From: Chiloscyllium plagiosum
Taxonomy: Eukaryota
Direction: 5' to 3'
DNA length: 64,000 bases
NCBI RefSeq assembly: GCF_004010195.1
Contig: NC_057755.1
Span: 1,291,306-1,355,305 of the forward strand
The translations under genes and the position numbers were made by a program. Positions 37,175 to 49,790 of this stretch are shown piece by piece (the stretch's first letter is position 1; each line of letters begins with the position of its first letter). A model generated the notes under the pieces. That model saw only the letters and a list, made by a program, of their open reading frames with translations, did not search any database and had not been told where the DNA came from.

Positions 37175-37810
37175 ATGAAAAGGCAGATTAGGTGAATTCG
37201 ACAATTGCAGGTCACGCTGAATGGGGTTGTGCAGAGAAAAGCCCTTCTCTTCTGTCAGAACTGACCGTAAGTCACAACACCAGACCTTGCTAGCCTGGTC
37301 TGGGTGTTCCACCTCAATCAGTGTGGTCTCCGCCATCTTGAGGAATGGTTCGCATTGTAGGAGGAAGGGAACTTACTTTCTCTGATCCACCACCGTAAAT
37401 TGCGTAATCTACTCTGCTACCTTATGCTCACTCTGCCTCTACTTCTGCATGCACCTTGCACCCATTCTAATACCCACTGTTCTTATGCTCACTCTGCCTC
37501 TACTACTGCATGCACCTTGCACCCATTCTAATACCCATGTTGCATGCACCATCTTCCTTCACTCACTATTACTCTCCCAATGTCCCTACATCATTAACTC
37601 TGCATGGCCCTGCTGCCTACTCAAAAGACCTCACCACATTTTTTTCACAAGTGCTACCCACTTCTGTTTCCCTTAGTCCGTCCTTTTCTGTAAATTTAGG
37701 AGAAATCACCCACAATAATGCAGAAAGAATGAAGACATGTGGTGGGCTGTCCAACATTCAGCTGTCTGCCCCGTATGTGGAGAGGATTCTGACTCTGACC
37801 ACTCCAAGCG
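37175..37810 (+). mobile_element. Harbinger-type Myb/SANT-like gene relic (two exons)
   Basis: LNGVVQRKALLF..TLLAW..ISVVSAILRNGSHCRRK..L*STT|gt (37395), ag|(37700) then THNNAERMKTCGGLSNIQLSAPYVERIL; resembles Harbinger Myb-like proteins (W..R...CRKK..L; HN..ER.KTGGG). Confidence 0.6.
37421..37537 (+). repeat. 61-bp tandem duplication
   Basis: cttatgctcactctgcctctact(t/a)ctgcatgcaccttgcacccattctaataccca occurs twice. Confidence 0.9.
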
Positions 37811-39024
37811 GCTGACTGACTGTACCCTAGTTCCTGGAGTAGTATTGGAAGCTGTCCTTGATCCTCCTTTGACTGTGTACTGTTGACATAAATTTCCTTG
37901 TTTTCCTTCTGCTCAAAATGACAGTGCAATATGCAGTACTGTAAATCTGGTATCTTTGGCTAAAGGGACAAAGTGCAAAAAACCCAAGCAAACCAGAGAT
38001 GCTGTAAGCATCCCAATAGCGTGTAGTCACTTTGAGCCTCAGTAGTCTGGATCGATCCATCAGCTTGGTGCCTGTCACTGAATACGAAGTGACTTTGTAG
38101 CAGCATTACGATGATAGTCTCTGGTGTGCCCTGAGATGCAGTTTTAAGTGCACAAGCAGATTGTAAATGGATGACAGTTGTCATGGAATATACTTGGAAT
38201 ATTGCGTACAGTTCTGATCACCACACTAGCAGAAAGACATGGATGCTTTGGAGAGAGTACTGTAAACGTTTGCCAGGATGTTGCCTGGTATCTGGGATTT
38301 TAGCGATGAAGAAAGGTTAGAAAGACTTTATTTAGTTTGGAAGGGCAAAGTATATCGACACAGGCTTGGAGATGGAAGGGCCTATTCCTGTGCTGCATTA
38401 TTCTTTATTCTTAACTGCCTTTTTAAAACTATACCAGCGTTGGCTGAAGCAGGACGTCCTCTCCACACTGAATGGACAGCGCTTCCTCTGTCTGCTGGCT
38501 GTTAGTTGTGCAGCTCTGACAGTCTTGCATTCATGATTACCCTACCCATGTGACCAGACTTCCTGATTCCTGTCCTGTTACCAGGATTTCATAGCTTTCA
38601 GTTATATCATGGTCCTTATCTTCAACACCAGCAGGAGCTTCATTCCTGCTCCACGGACTTAACCCATTATCCTTCCTTGTAATTCAGAGCAAGAAAGTGA
38701 GGATGCAGATATACTGTTGTGTATTGTTACCCTCTTGTCACTTAAACACTCCTGCAGTTTATTTTGTTGCATGGTTTGGGAAAGTTTATTTTGTTCTTTC
38801 ATTCACTCTGGTTTCCCCATCCCTTTCTTTGTCACTAAACCCTTTCATTTGCTGCTTTTTCCTGTTGTGATGAAAGCAGATGGTAGTCAGACATGAATTA
38901 TACAGGAGCAATCCAACTTTTCGTCTCCGTTAAATCTTGAGGACTTCACATTGTACCTTATTATTGTCATCAAGAACATTGTGGATTTACCCTCATTCCT
39001 CATTTTACTCTTGCTTATCTCCAG

Positions 39025-39055
39025 ACTGCTCCATAACGGTCTCTCATATTCTTGT
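39025..39055 (+). pseudogene. 5' stub of a second LRR exon, cut by the PLE insertion
   Basis: Acceptor ttatctccag|A, phase 2, (E)LLHNGLSYSC resembles xLxxNGLTDSC; the PLE terminus starts at 39056. Confidence 0.5.
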
Positions 39056-40118
39056 GGAGAAAGTGAGGACTGCAGATGCTGGAGATCAGAGCTGAAAATG
39101 TGTTGCTGGAAAAGCGCAGCAGGTCAGGCAGCATCCAAGGAACAGGAGAATCGACGTTTCGGGCATAAGCTCTTCTTCAGGAATAAGGAAGGTGTGTCCA
39201 GCAGGCTAAGATAAAAGGTAGGGAGGAGGGACTTGGGGGAGGGGCGTTGGAATTGCGATAGGTGGAGGGAGGTCAAGGTGAGGGTGATAGGCCGGAGTGG
39301 GGTGGGGGCAGAGAGGTCAGGAAGAAGATTGCAGGTTAGGAAGGTGGTACTGAGTTCGAGGGATTTGACTGAGACAAGGTGGGGAGAGGGGAAATAAGGA
39401 AACTGGAGAAATCTGAGTTCATCCCTTGTGGTTGGAGGGTTCTCAGGCAGAAGATGAGGTGCTCTTCCTCCAACCGTCATGTTGCCATGGTCTGGTGATG
39501 GAGGAGTCCAAGGACCTGCATGTCCTTGGTGGAGTGGGGTGGCGGGGTTAAAGTGTTGGGCTACCGGTTGGTTGGTCCGGGTGTCCCAGAGGTGTTCTCT
39601 GAAACGTTCCGCAAGTAGGCGGCCTGTCTCCCCAATATAGAGGAGGCCACATCGGGTGCAGCGGATGCAATAGATGATGTGTGTGGAATTTGTGGCGGAT
39701 ATGCAAGTGTCCCTTGGGGCCTTGGAGGGAAGTAAGGGGGGAGGTGTGGGCGCAAGTTTTGCATTTCTTACGGTTGTAAGGGAAGGTGCCGGGAGTGGAG
39801 GTTATGTTGGTGGGGGGTGTGGACCTGACGAGGGAGTCACGGAGAGAGTGGTCTTCTCGGAACGCTGAAAGGGGAGGGGAGGAGAGGGAAATATATCACT
39901 GGCGGTGGGGTCCATTTGGAGGTGGCGGAAATGATGGCGGGTGATACGTTGTACATGGAGGTTGGTGGGGTGGTAGGTGAGGACCAGTGGGGTTCTGTTC
40001 TAGTGGCAGTTGGAGGGGCAGGGCTCAAGGGCGGAGGAGCAGGAAGTGGAAGAGATGTGGTGGAGGGCATCGTCAACAACGTCTGGCGGGAAATTGGGGT
40101 CCTTGAAGAAGGAGGAAG
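39056..40118 (-). mobile_element. Penelope-like element 3' fragment (RT C-terminus/linker, GIY-YIG, pLTR with hammerhead)
   Basis: Closely matches 13562-14139 and extends further 5' (IYCIRCTRCGLLYIGETGRLLAERFREH); hammerhead at 39149-39184 (-). Confidence 0.9.
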
Positions 40119-40457
40119 ATAGTTTGATATTCTGTGTCAGGTTCCTTATGCCATAACTCTGTTCTGTTGGTGCTCTTTTTCAGAATCTGATGGATCTACA
40201 ATACATGAGGTTATTTCCTGCTTTATTTTACATCCGATCCGATGTCGTTTGACCGTTCTCACCTCGCTCTTGTAAAGTAATGACAAAGTTTCACCGTATT
40301 TATCAGACTTCCCAAATCACAGAATGGGAACAGATAATAACAGTGAAATCAAAGATAGAAGAAGGCTGCCCAAAAGTAACCGCTCGGGGAAATTTAGGTC
40401 AGTGACTTTACCCGCGACCCCCACATTGGGGAAGTGAATGGAAAAGAAAACTGGTTT

Positions 40458-40736
40458 TATAGAGTAGAATCCATACCATGCAGTAAGAGGCCCAATGTGT
40501 CTGCACCGACCCTCCAAAGAGCATTCCAGCTTATCCCCATATCCCTGCATTTACCACGGTGAATCCAGTGAACCTGCACACCTTTGGACTGTGGGATGAA
40601 ACTGGATCCTCTGGTGGAAACACCCACAGACGTGAAGAAGATGCAGACTGCACACAGACGGTCACCTGAGGCTGGGTTTGAACCTGAGTACCTGGTGCTG
40701 TGAGGTAACAGTGCAATCTGTTGAGTCACTGCTGCC
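40458..40736 (-). mobile_element. HE1-like V-SINE (diverged)
   Basis: Head, core and CR1-like tail are recognisable. Confidence 0.75.
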
Positions 40737-40984
40737 CTTCAAATATTTGGACTTTAAAACTTTTTACTGTGAGTTTTTTAATGTCAATTTCTCATCCGAG
40801 CAGAAAGTATGAGGACAAATATCCTGCAGGTACTAGGGAACTCTGTTTAAGTGGGTTGGATCTGTTGTGTCCATTTGAACAGAGGGTGCAATGAATTAGC
40901 TGCTGCTGTCACCGCTGAGGCATTCAAAGAAGAGTTGTGCAGGGTACAGTAGCATAGCCCACTGACTGTTCCCATTTTAGGCAA

Positions 40985-41670
40985 GTTCACAAATGCTGTG
41001 CAGAAGGACTTGGGTGTCCTGCACGAATCATAAAAAGTTGGTTTGCAGGTGCAACAGGTAATTAGTAAGACAAATGGAATATTGCCTTTCATTCATAGAG
41101 GGATGGTGCTTAAAAATAGCGAGGTTATGCTGCAGCTGTCCAGGGTGCTGGTGTAGAGTACTACTTGCAGTTTTGGTCTCCTTACTTAAGAAAAGATGTA
41201 CTCTCACTGGAACGAGTGCAGAGGAGATTCCTGAATTCAGAGGGTTGGCTTATGACGAGAGATTGCGTAGACTGGGACGATACTCATTGGAATTTAGAAG
41301 AATGAGCAGAATTATACAGAAACATATAAAATTATGAAGGGAGTAGATAAGCTAGAAACAGAAAGGCTGTTTCCACTGGTGGGTGAAACTAGAACTGGGG
41401 GAATAGCACCAAAGTAACAGAAGAGATTTAGGACTGAGTTGAGGAGGAACTTCTTCACCCAAAGCATTGTAAATCTGTGGAATTCCCTGCCTAGTGAAGC
41501 AGTTAAGTCTGCCTCGCGGCAAAGATAATTCCTTTCCTGTTCAAAGATCTAAAGGTTATAGTGAGTCAGTGGGTAAATGGAGCTGAGTCCACAGAAAAAT
41601 CAGTTGTGATCTTGGCAGAGCATGGTCAATGAGCCAGATGGCATACTGCTGGTCCTGTTTCTTACATTCT
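40985..41670 (+). mobile_element. CR1 LINE 3' fragment
   Basis: GLAYDERLRRLGRYSLEFRRM motif in ORF 41074..41337. Confidence 0.8.
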
Positions 41671-41784
41671 AATCAACAGCATTTGATAGACTACTGAATG
41701 GATTCAGCAACCACGGACACTGATCTAAACTATAAATTAATAATCACTTGATTTAGTGAATTCTTGCTGATGGTGACAGTAAGT

Positions 41785-44700
41785 TATAGAGTCATAGAGA
41801 TGTACAGCATGGAAACAGACCCTTTAGTCCAACCCGTCCATGCCAACCAGATATCCCAACCCAATCTAGTCCCACATGCCAGCACCCGGCCCATATCCCT
41901 CCAAACCGTTCCTATTCAAATACCCATCCAAATGCCTCTTAAATGTTGCAATTGTACCATCCTCCACCACACCCTCTGGCAGCTCATTCCATGCACGTAC
42001 CACCGTCTGCATGAAAAAGTTGTCCCTTCGATGTCTTTTATATATTTCCCCTCTGACCCTAAACCTATGCCCTCTAGTTCTGGACTCCCTGACCCCAGGG
42101 AAAAGACTTTGTCTATTTATCCTATCCATGCCCCACATAATTTTGTAAACCTCTATAAGGTCACTCCTCAGCCTCCGACGCTCCAGGAAAAATAGCCCCA
42201 GCCTGTTCAGCCTCTCCCTGTAGTTAAGATCCTCCAACCCTGGCAACATCCTTGTAAATCTTTTCTGAACCCTTTCAAGTTTCACAACATCTTTCCGATA
42301 GGAAGGAGAGCAGAACTGCACACAATATTCCAACAGTGGCCTAAACAATGTCCTATATAGCCGCAACATGACCTCCCAACTCCTGTACTCAATACTCTGA
42401 CCAATAAAGGAAAGCATACCAAATGCCGCCTTCACTATCCGATCTACCTGCGACTCCACTTTCAAGGAGCTATGAACCTGCACTCCAAGGTCTCTTTGTT
42501 CAGTAACACTCCCTAGGACCTTACCATTAAGTGTATACGTCCTGCTAAGATTTGCTTTCCCAAAATGCAGCACCTCGCATTTATCTGAATTAATCTCCAT
42601 CTGCCACTTCTCAGCCCATTGGCCCATCTGGTCCAGATCCTGTTGTAATCTGAGTTAACCCTCTTCACTGTCCACTACACCTCCAATTTTGGTGTCATCT
42701 GCAAACTTACTAACTGTACCTCTTATGCTCGCATCCAAATCATTTATGTAAATGACAAAAAGTAGAAGGCCCAGCACCGATCCTTGTGGCACTTCCACTG
42801 GTCTGAAAAGCAACACTCCACCACCACCCTCTGTCTTCTACCTTTGAGCCAGTTCTGTATCTGAATGGCTAGTTCTCCCTGTATTCCATGGAATCTAAGC
42901 TTGCTTATCAGTCTCCCATGGGGAACCTTGTCGAACGCCTTACTGAAGTCCATATAGATCACATCGACTGCTCTGCCCTCCTCAATCATCTTTGCTGCTA
43001 CTTCAAAAAATTCAATAAAGTTTGTGAAACATGATTTCCCACAGACAAAACCATGTTGACTATCCCGAATCAGTCCTTGCCTTTCCAAATACATGTACAT
43101 CCTGTCCCTCAGGATTCCCTCTAACAACTTGCCCACCACAGAGGTCAAGCTCACCAGTCTATAGTTCCCTGGCTTGTCTTTACCGCTCTTCTTCAACAGT
43201 GGCACCACGTTTGCCAACCTCCACTCTTCCGGCACCTCACCTGTGACTATTGATGATACAAAGATCTCAGCAAGAGACCCAGCAATCACTTCTCTTGCTT
43301 CCCATAGAGTTCTCGGGTACACCTGATCAGGTCCTGGGGATTTATCCACCTTTAACCGTTTCAAGACATCCAGCACTTCCTCCTCTGAAACCTGGGCATT
43401 TTGCATGATCTCACCATCTATTTCCCTACAGTCTATATCTTCCGTATCCTTTTCCACAGTAAATACTGTTTCAAAATATTCAGTTTGTATCTCCCCCATT
43501 TTCTGTGGCTCCACACAAGGTCCGCCTTGCTGATCTTTGAGGGGGCCCTATTCTCTCCCTAGTTACCCTTTTGTCCTTAATATATTTGTCAAAACCCTTT
43601 GGATTCTCCTTAATTCTATTTGCCAAAGCTATGTCATGTCCCTGTTTCGCCCACCTGATTTTCCTCCTAAGTATACTCTACTTTTTTTATACTCTTCTAA
43701 GGATTCACTTGATCTATTCTGTCTATACCTGACATATGCTTCCTTCTTTTTCTTAACCAAACCCTCAATTTCTTTAGTCATCCAGCATTCCCTGTACCTA
43801 CCAGCCTTGCCTTTCACCCTGACAGGAATATACTTTCTATGGATTCTCGTTATCTCATTTCTGAAGGCTATCTATTTTCCAGCCATCCCTTTACCTGTGA
43901 ACATCTGCCCCCAATCAGTTTTCGAAAGTTCTTGCCTAATACCATCAAAATTGGCCTTTCTCCAATTTAGGACTTCAACTTTTAGATGTGGTCTATCCTT
44001 TTCCATCACTATTTTAAAACGAATAGAATTCTGGTCGCTGGCCCCAAAGTGCTCCCCCACTGACACCTCAGGGGAAAGTGAGGACTGCAGATGCTGGGGA
44101 TCAGAGCTGAAAAATGTGTTGCTGGAAAACCTCAGCAGGTCAGACAGCATCCAAGGAGCAGGAGAATTGATGTTCGGGCGTAAGCCCTTCTTCAGGAATC
44201 CACTGACACCTCAGTCACCTGCCCTGCCTTATTTCCCAAGAGTAGGTCAAGTTCTGCACCTTCTCTCGTAGGTACATCCACATACTGAATCAGAAAATTG
44301 TCTTGTAAGCACTCAAGAAATTCCTCTCCATCTAAACATTTAACGCTATGGCAATCCCAGTTGGTGTTTGGAAAGTTAAAGTCCCCTCCCATAACTACCC
44401 TATTATTCTTACAGATAGCTGAGATCTCCTTACAAGTTTGTTTCTCAATTTCCCTCTGACTATTGGGGGTCTATAGTACAATCCCAATAAGGTGATCATT
44501 CCTTTCTTATTTTTCAGTTCCACCCAAATAACTTACCTGGATGTATTTCTGGGAATATCCTCCCTCAGCACAGCTGTAATGCTATCCCTTATCAAAAATG
44601 CCACTCCCCCTCCTCTCTTGCCTCCCTTTCTATCCTTCCTGTAGCATTTGTATCCTGGAATATTAAGCTGCCAGTCCTGCCCATCCCTGAGCCATGTTTC

Positions 44701-45640
44701 CATAATTGCTATGATATCCCAGTCCCATGTTCCTAACCATGCCCTGAGTTCATCTTCCTTCCCTTTTAGGCTCCTTGCATTGCAATTTATTCGTTCAATT
44801 TATTAGTCCTACCTTGTCCCTGCCTGCCCTGACTTTCTCAGCTGTACCCGTCTCAGGTTGATCTCTTTCCTCACTATCTCCCTGTGTCCCACCCCACCTC
44901 CACCTTACTAGTTTAAATCCTCCCAAGCAGTTCTAGCAAAGTTCACTGCCAGTATATTAGTCCCCTTCGAATTTAGGTGCAATCCGTCCTTCTTGTACAA
45001 GTCACTTCTACCCCAAAAGAGATTCCAATGATCCAAAAATGTGAATCCTTCTCCCATACACCAGCTCCTCAGCCATGCATTCATCTGCTCTATCCTCCTA
45101 TTCCTGCCCTCACTCGCTCATAGCACTGGGAGTAATCCAGATATTACTGCCCTTGTGGACATCCCTTTTTAAATTTCTGCCTAAGTCACTGTAATCCTTC
45201 AAGAGTCTCAACCTTTTCTGGTCCAATGTGCACAATGGCCTCTTGCTGGCCCCTCTCCCTGTGAGAACATTCTGCACCCTCTCTGAGACATCCTTGATCC
45301 TGGCACCAGGGAAACAATACACCATTCTGCTTTTTCCCTGCTGGCCACAGAAATGTCTGTCTGTACCTCTGACTACAGAATCCCCTAACATAATTGATCT
45401 CTTGGAAGCCAACGTATCCCTAGTTGCATTAGAGCCAGTCACACTACCAGAAACTTGGCTGTTTGTGCTACGTTCCCCTGAGAATCCATCACCCCCTACA
45501 TTTTCCAAAACAGCATAGCTGTTTGAAATGGGTGTATCCACAAAAGACTCCTGCCCTAGGTGCTGACCTCTCTCACCCTTCCTGGAGTTAACCCATTTAT
45601 GCGACTGTATCTGAGACTTTTCCCCCTTCCTGTAACTATG
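41785..45640 (-). mobile_element. Long CR1 LINE (part of ORF1 esterase + ORF2 EN-RT + 3' tail)
   Basis: ORFs 45110..45541 (LGDSVVRG, CFPGARIKDV), 44192..44392 (GDFN), 42744..43514 and 41866..42627 (RT); tail ctctatgactctata; same family as 29470-33920. Confidence 0.95.
44071..44199 (-). mobile_element. Solo PLE terminal piece with 14-bp TSD, inserted in CR1
   Basis: TSD ccactgacacctca at 44057-44070 and 44200-44213; degenerate hammerhead at 44166-44199. Confidence 0.85.
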
Positions 45641-46699
45641 ACAGTCTCTTATTCAATATGCTTTGTTCTATTTATGAATTGTATTTTATTAACGTTGCTG
45701 GGTGATACTAGGTATTTGTTCCATCTCCCTGATGTGGGATTACATTACCTCTCACACAGACAGTCACGGCATGATCCCCTCTGCTGAGGATTGACATCCA
45801 TAGTGTCCAGCAGAGGGCGTTTGCTTTTAGTAGTGTGCATACTGTAATTGACTCTGTCCTGAGTGTCAGCATGTTGAAAACCATTTGTGTCAAGCAGCTA
45901 TTTCTCAGCATTGACTATCAATGAACTATTAATGAAAAAGCAAAACAGCCTTGAAGTATCACTTGGCATATTCCTAGAAATGAAGTACATTGTTCAAAAC
46001 TGTTGTGTTCAATTCCATCATACACTTCTGTTCAATTTTGTAAACACCAACTTGTATCTATTTGTCTAATAGGCTTTGTGATCAATTGTAAATATGGTGT
46101 GTTAATTGTATACTTATCATGATTTTGGCTGAAGCTCAGTCATTAAGCTTGCTGACATGTTAGTATAAAGTTATGAAACGAAAACAAAGAATCTTTTGCT
46201 CAATTGTTCAAGAACTTTGTGTTCATTTGTGAACTAAACTTGTACCTTTTTTGCAAAAAGCTTGATGTTTGTTTGTGGAATAAATTTGTTCTCATGAACA
46301 AGTGCTCGCTCGCTTGCTGTCACACTCTCACACATGCACACATTCGCTCACACAGTTACACAGGCACATGGAATGACCAAATATATTGAGATTTTCAAAT
46401 ATTAAAGCTCCATGAAAGAATCCCTGTGTGTCAGATGAACATAGGACATTCACACACCTGCGTCACTCCCAGGACTCCCCTCCTGTATTGGAGTCAGATT
46501 CCGTGCTTGGGAGCATGACGTGGCACATGGCATTAGGAGGGCAGTTCATGGGAATGTTCAAACCCAGCAATCTAACAGGGGATCAGAACAGAGAATCAAA
46601 CCAAGAACTTGGTGATGAATTTTTGGAGTGAGTTGAAATCTGCATCTCTCGTCAGAATATACCTGCTGTTATTTTTTTTCTGAGTGTGATATAAATGAA

Positions 46700-46900
46700 G
46701 GAACTTTACTCTATCAAGCTCAATGTTTTACTTGACCAGGGAGGGAATGATGAGGACAGTGTAGAGGGAACTTCATTCTGTATCTAACTCCATGCTGCCC
46801 CTTCCCTGGAAGTGTTTAATGGAAATACAGTAAAGGAAGCTTTACTGTGTACCTAACCACATACAATCCTTGTCCTGAGACTGTTGATGAGAACAGTGTG
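46700..46900 (+). repeat. Degenerate ~66-bp minisatellite
   Basis: Units of gacagtgtagagggaacttcattctgtatctaac..ccctgggaagtgtttaatgg; same family as 50935-51150. Confidence 0.7.
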
Positions 46901-46924
46901 AGATTTAACCTGAACAACTGATCC

Positions 46925-47047
46925 AGGTATGCAATTTTGGAAAACGTAGGGGGTGATGGATTCTCAGGGGAGCGTAGCATGAACAGCCAAGTTTCTGGTA
47001 GTGAGACTGGTTCTAATGCAACGAGGGGTATGTTGGCTTCCAAGAGA
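46925..47047 (+). mobile_element. Isolated internal CR1 ORF1 fragment
   Basis: About 90% identical to the reverse complement of 45397-45520; no 3' tail. Confidence 0.75.
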
Positions 47048-47644
47048 GAGTTCCAAACCTCTCTCTCCCTTTGTGATTGAATGTGGTTCCTCACATCTCC
47101 CCTGAATGCTCTAGGCCCACATTTTCAGACACTGTTCTCTCTTGTTTGAGAATCTCCAACCAGTAGGAATCATTGCTTTGATCTACCACTTGTCCTTTTA
47201 ATATCTTGAAGCTATCGACCAGATAACCCCTCAAGCTTCTTAATTCTAAAAGAAACTGGCCACATTTATGCAATCTTTCCTCCAAATGCAACTCCTGAGG
47301 TCCAGGATAATTCTTGTATATCTCCTATGTGCTCCCTCTTTGTTCTCCAATCTGATAGCTACACACTTGCTTGCATTGAACTCCATCTAACACAGTTTTC
47401 CCCATTCACCCAGTCTATCAATCTCCCTTTGTAGTTGGTGGTACTATCTGCACTGTCTACAGTGCTGCCTAACTTTGTCACAGAGTCATTGAATCAGAGT
47501 CCTACAGCACGAAGACAGACCCTTCAGCCCCAACTGGTCCATGCTGACCAAAATGTCTATTCACACTAACCCCATTTTCTGCACTTGGTCCATATCCTCC
47601 TAATCCTTTCCTATCCATATATTTGTCCAAATGCCCTTGAAATA

Positions 47645-49790
47645 CATTACAAATACATTAAGGGCAAAAGAGTAACTGGGGAGAGAATAGGGCCCCTCAA
47701 AGATCAGCATGGCAGCCTTTATGTGGAACCACGGGAGACAGGGGAGATACTAAACAAGTGTTTTGCATCAGTGTTTACTGTGGAAAAGAACATGGAAGAT
47801 GTAGAATGCAGGGAAATAGATGGTGACATCTTGAAAAATGTCCATATAACAGAGAATGAAGTGCTGGATGCCTTGACACATATAAAAGTGGACAAATCCC
47901 CAGGACCTGATCAGGTGTACCCTCGAACACTGTGGAAAGCTAGGGAAGTGGTTGCTGGGCCTCTTGCTGAGATATGTGTATCATCAATAGTCACAGGTGA
48001 GGTGCCAGAAGTCTGGAGGTTAGCTAAGAGGGTGCCCTGTTTAAAAAGGGTGGTAAGGACAATCCAGGGAACTATAGGCCAGTGAGCCTGACGTTGGTAG
48101 CGGGCAGGTTCTTGGAAGGAATCCTGAGGGACAGGCTATGCATGTATTTGTAAATTCAAGGAATCATTAGGGATAATCAACATGGCTTTGTGCATGGGAA
48201 ATCATTTTCACAAACTTGATTGAGATTTTTGAAGAAGTAACAAAGTAACTGGGCGGCATGGTGGCACAGTGGTTAGCACTGCTGCCTCATAGCGCCAGAG
48301 ACCTGGGTTCAATTCCCGCCTCAGGCGATTCTGTATGTGGAGTTTGCACATTCTCCCTGTGTCTGCGTGGGTTTCCTCCGGGTGCTCCGGTTTCCTCCCA
48401 CAATCCAAAAATGTGCAGGTTCGGTGAATTGGCCATGCTAAATTGGCCCATAGTGTTAGGTGAAGGGGTAAACGTAGAAGTATGGGTCTGGGTGGTATAC
48501 GCTTCGGCGGGTCGGTGTGGACTTGTTGGGCCGAAGGGCTTGTTTCCACACTGTAAGTAATCTAATCTAATCTAATCTAACAGAGGATGGATGAGGGTAG
48601 AGTGGTGGACATGATCTATACGACCTTCAGTAAGGCGGTCAACAAGGTTCCCCATGGGAGACAGGTTAACAAGGTTAGATCATATGGAATACAAGGAGAA
48701 CTAGCCATTTGGATACAGAACTGGCTCAAAGGTAGAAGACATAGGGTGGTGGTACAGAGTTGTTTTTCAGACTGGAGGTCTGTGACCAGTGGAGTGTCAC
48801 AAGGGTCAGTGCTGGGTCCACTACTTTTCGTCATTCATAAAGATGATTTGGATGTGAGCATAAGAGATATAGTTAGTAAGTTTGCAGATGATGCCAAAAT
48901 TGGAGGTGTAGTGGACAGCAAAGCAGGTTACCTCAGATTACAACAGGATCTTGATCAGATGGGCCAATGGCCTGAGAAGTGGCAGATGGAGTTTAATTTA
49001 GATAAATGCGAGGTGCTGTATTTTGGGAAAGCAAATCTTAGCAGGACTTATACACGTAATGGTAAGGTCCGAGGGAGTTTTGCTGAATAAAGAGACTTTG
49101 GAGTGCAAGTTCATAGCTCTTAAAAGTGGAGTTGCAGGTAGACAGGATAGTGAAAAGGCATTTGGTATGTTTTTCTTTATTGGTCGGAGTGTTGGGTACA
49201 GCAGTTGGGAGGTCATGTTGTGGCTGTATAGGACATTGGTTAGGCCACTTTTGGAATATTGCATGCAATTCTGATCTCCTTCCTATCGGAAAAATGTTGT
49301 GCAACTTGAAAGGGTTCAGAAAACGTTTACAAGGATGTTGCCAGGGTTGGAGGATTTGAGCTATGGGGGAAGTTGAAAGGCTAGGGCTGTTATTCCTGGA
49401 GAGTCGGAGGCTGAGGGGTGACCTTATAGAGGTATACAAAATCATGACGGACATTGATAGGATAAATAGACAAAGTCTCTTCCCAGTGGTGAGGGAGTCC
49501 AGAACTAAAGGGCATAGATTTAGGGTGAGAGGGGAAAGATATAAAAGAGACCTAAGGGCAACTTTTTTATGCAGAGGGTGGTACATGTATGGAATGATCT
49601 GCCAGAGGAAGTGGTGGAGGATAGTGCAATTGCAACATTTAAAAGGCATCTGGACGGGTATATGAATTGGAAGGGTTTTGAGGAATATGGGCTGGGTGCT
49701 AGCAGGTGGGACGAGATTGGTTTGGGATATCTGGTTGACGTGGACAAGTTGGACCGAAGCGTCTTTCTGTGTTATACATCTCTATACCTC
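47645..49790 (+). mobile_element. 5'-truncated CR1 LINE (RT to 3' tail)
   Basis: ORFs 47585..48085 and 48587..49090 (GVSQGSVLGP, FADD); interrupted by a V-SINE. Confidence 0.92.
48251..48580 (+). mobile_element. HE1-like V-SINE inserted in CR1
   Basis: A/B boxes, V-domain, (TAATC)4 tail. Confidence 0.9.

Noticed and set aside
40184..40275. Exon after the acceptor-like ctctttttcag
   Set aside because: No LRR or other recognisable motif in any frame.
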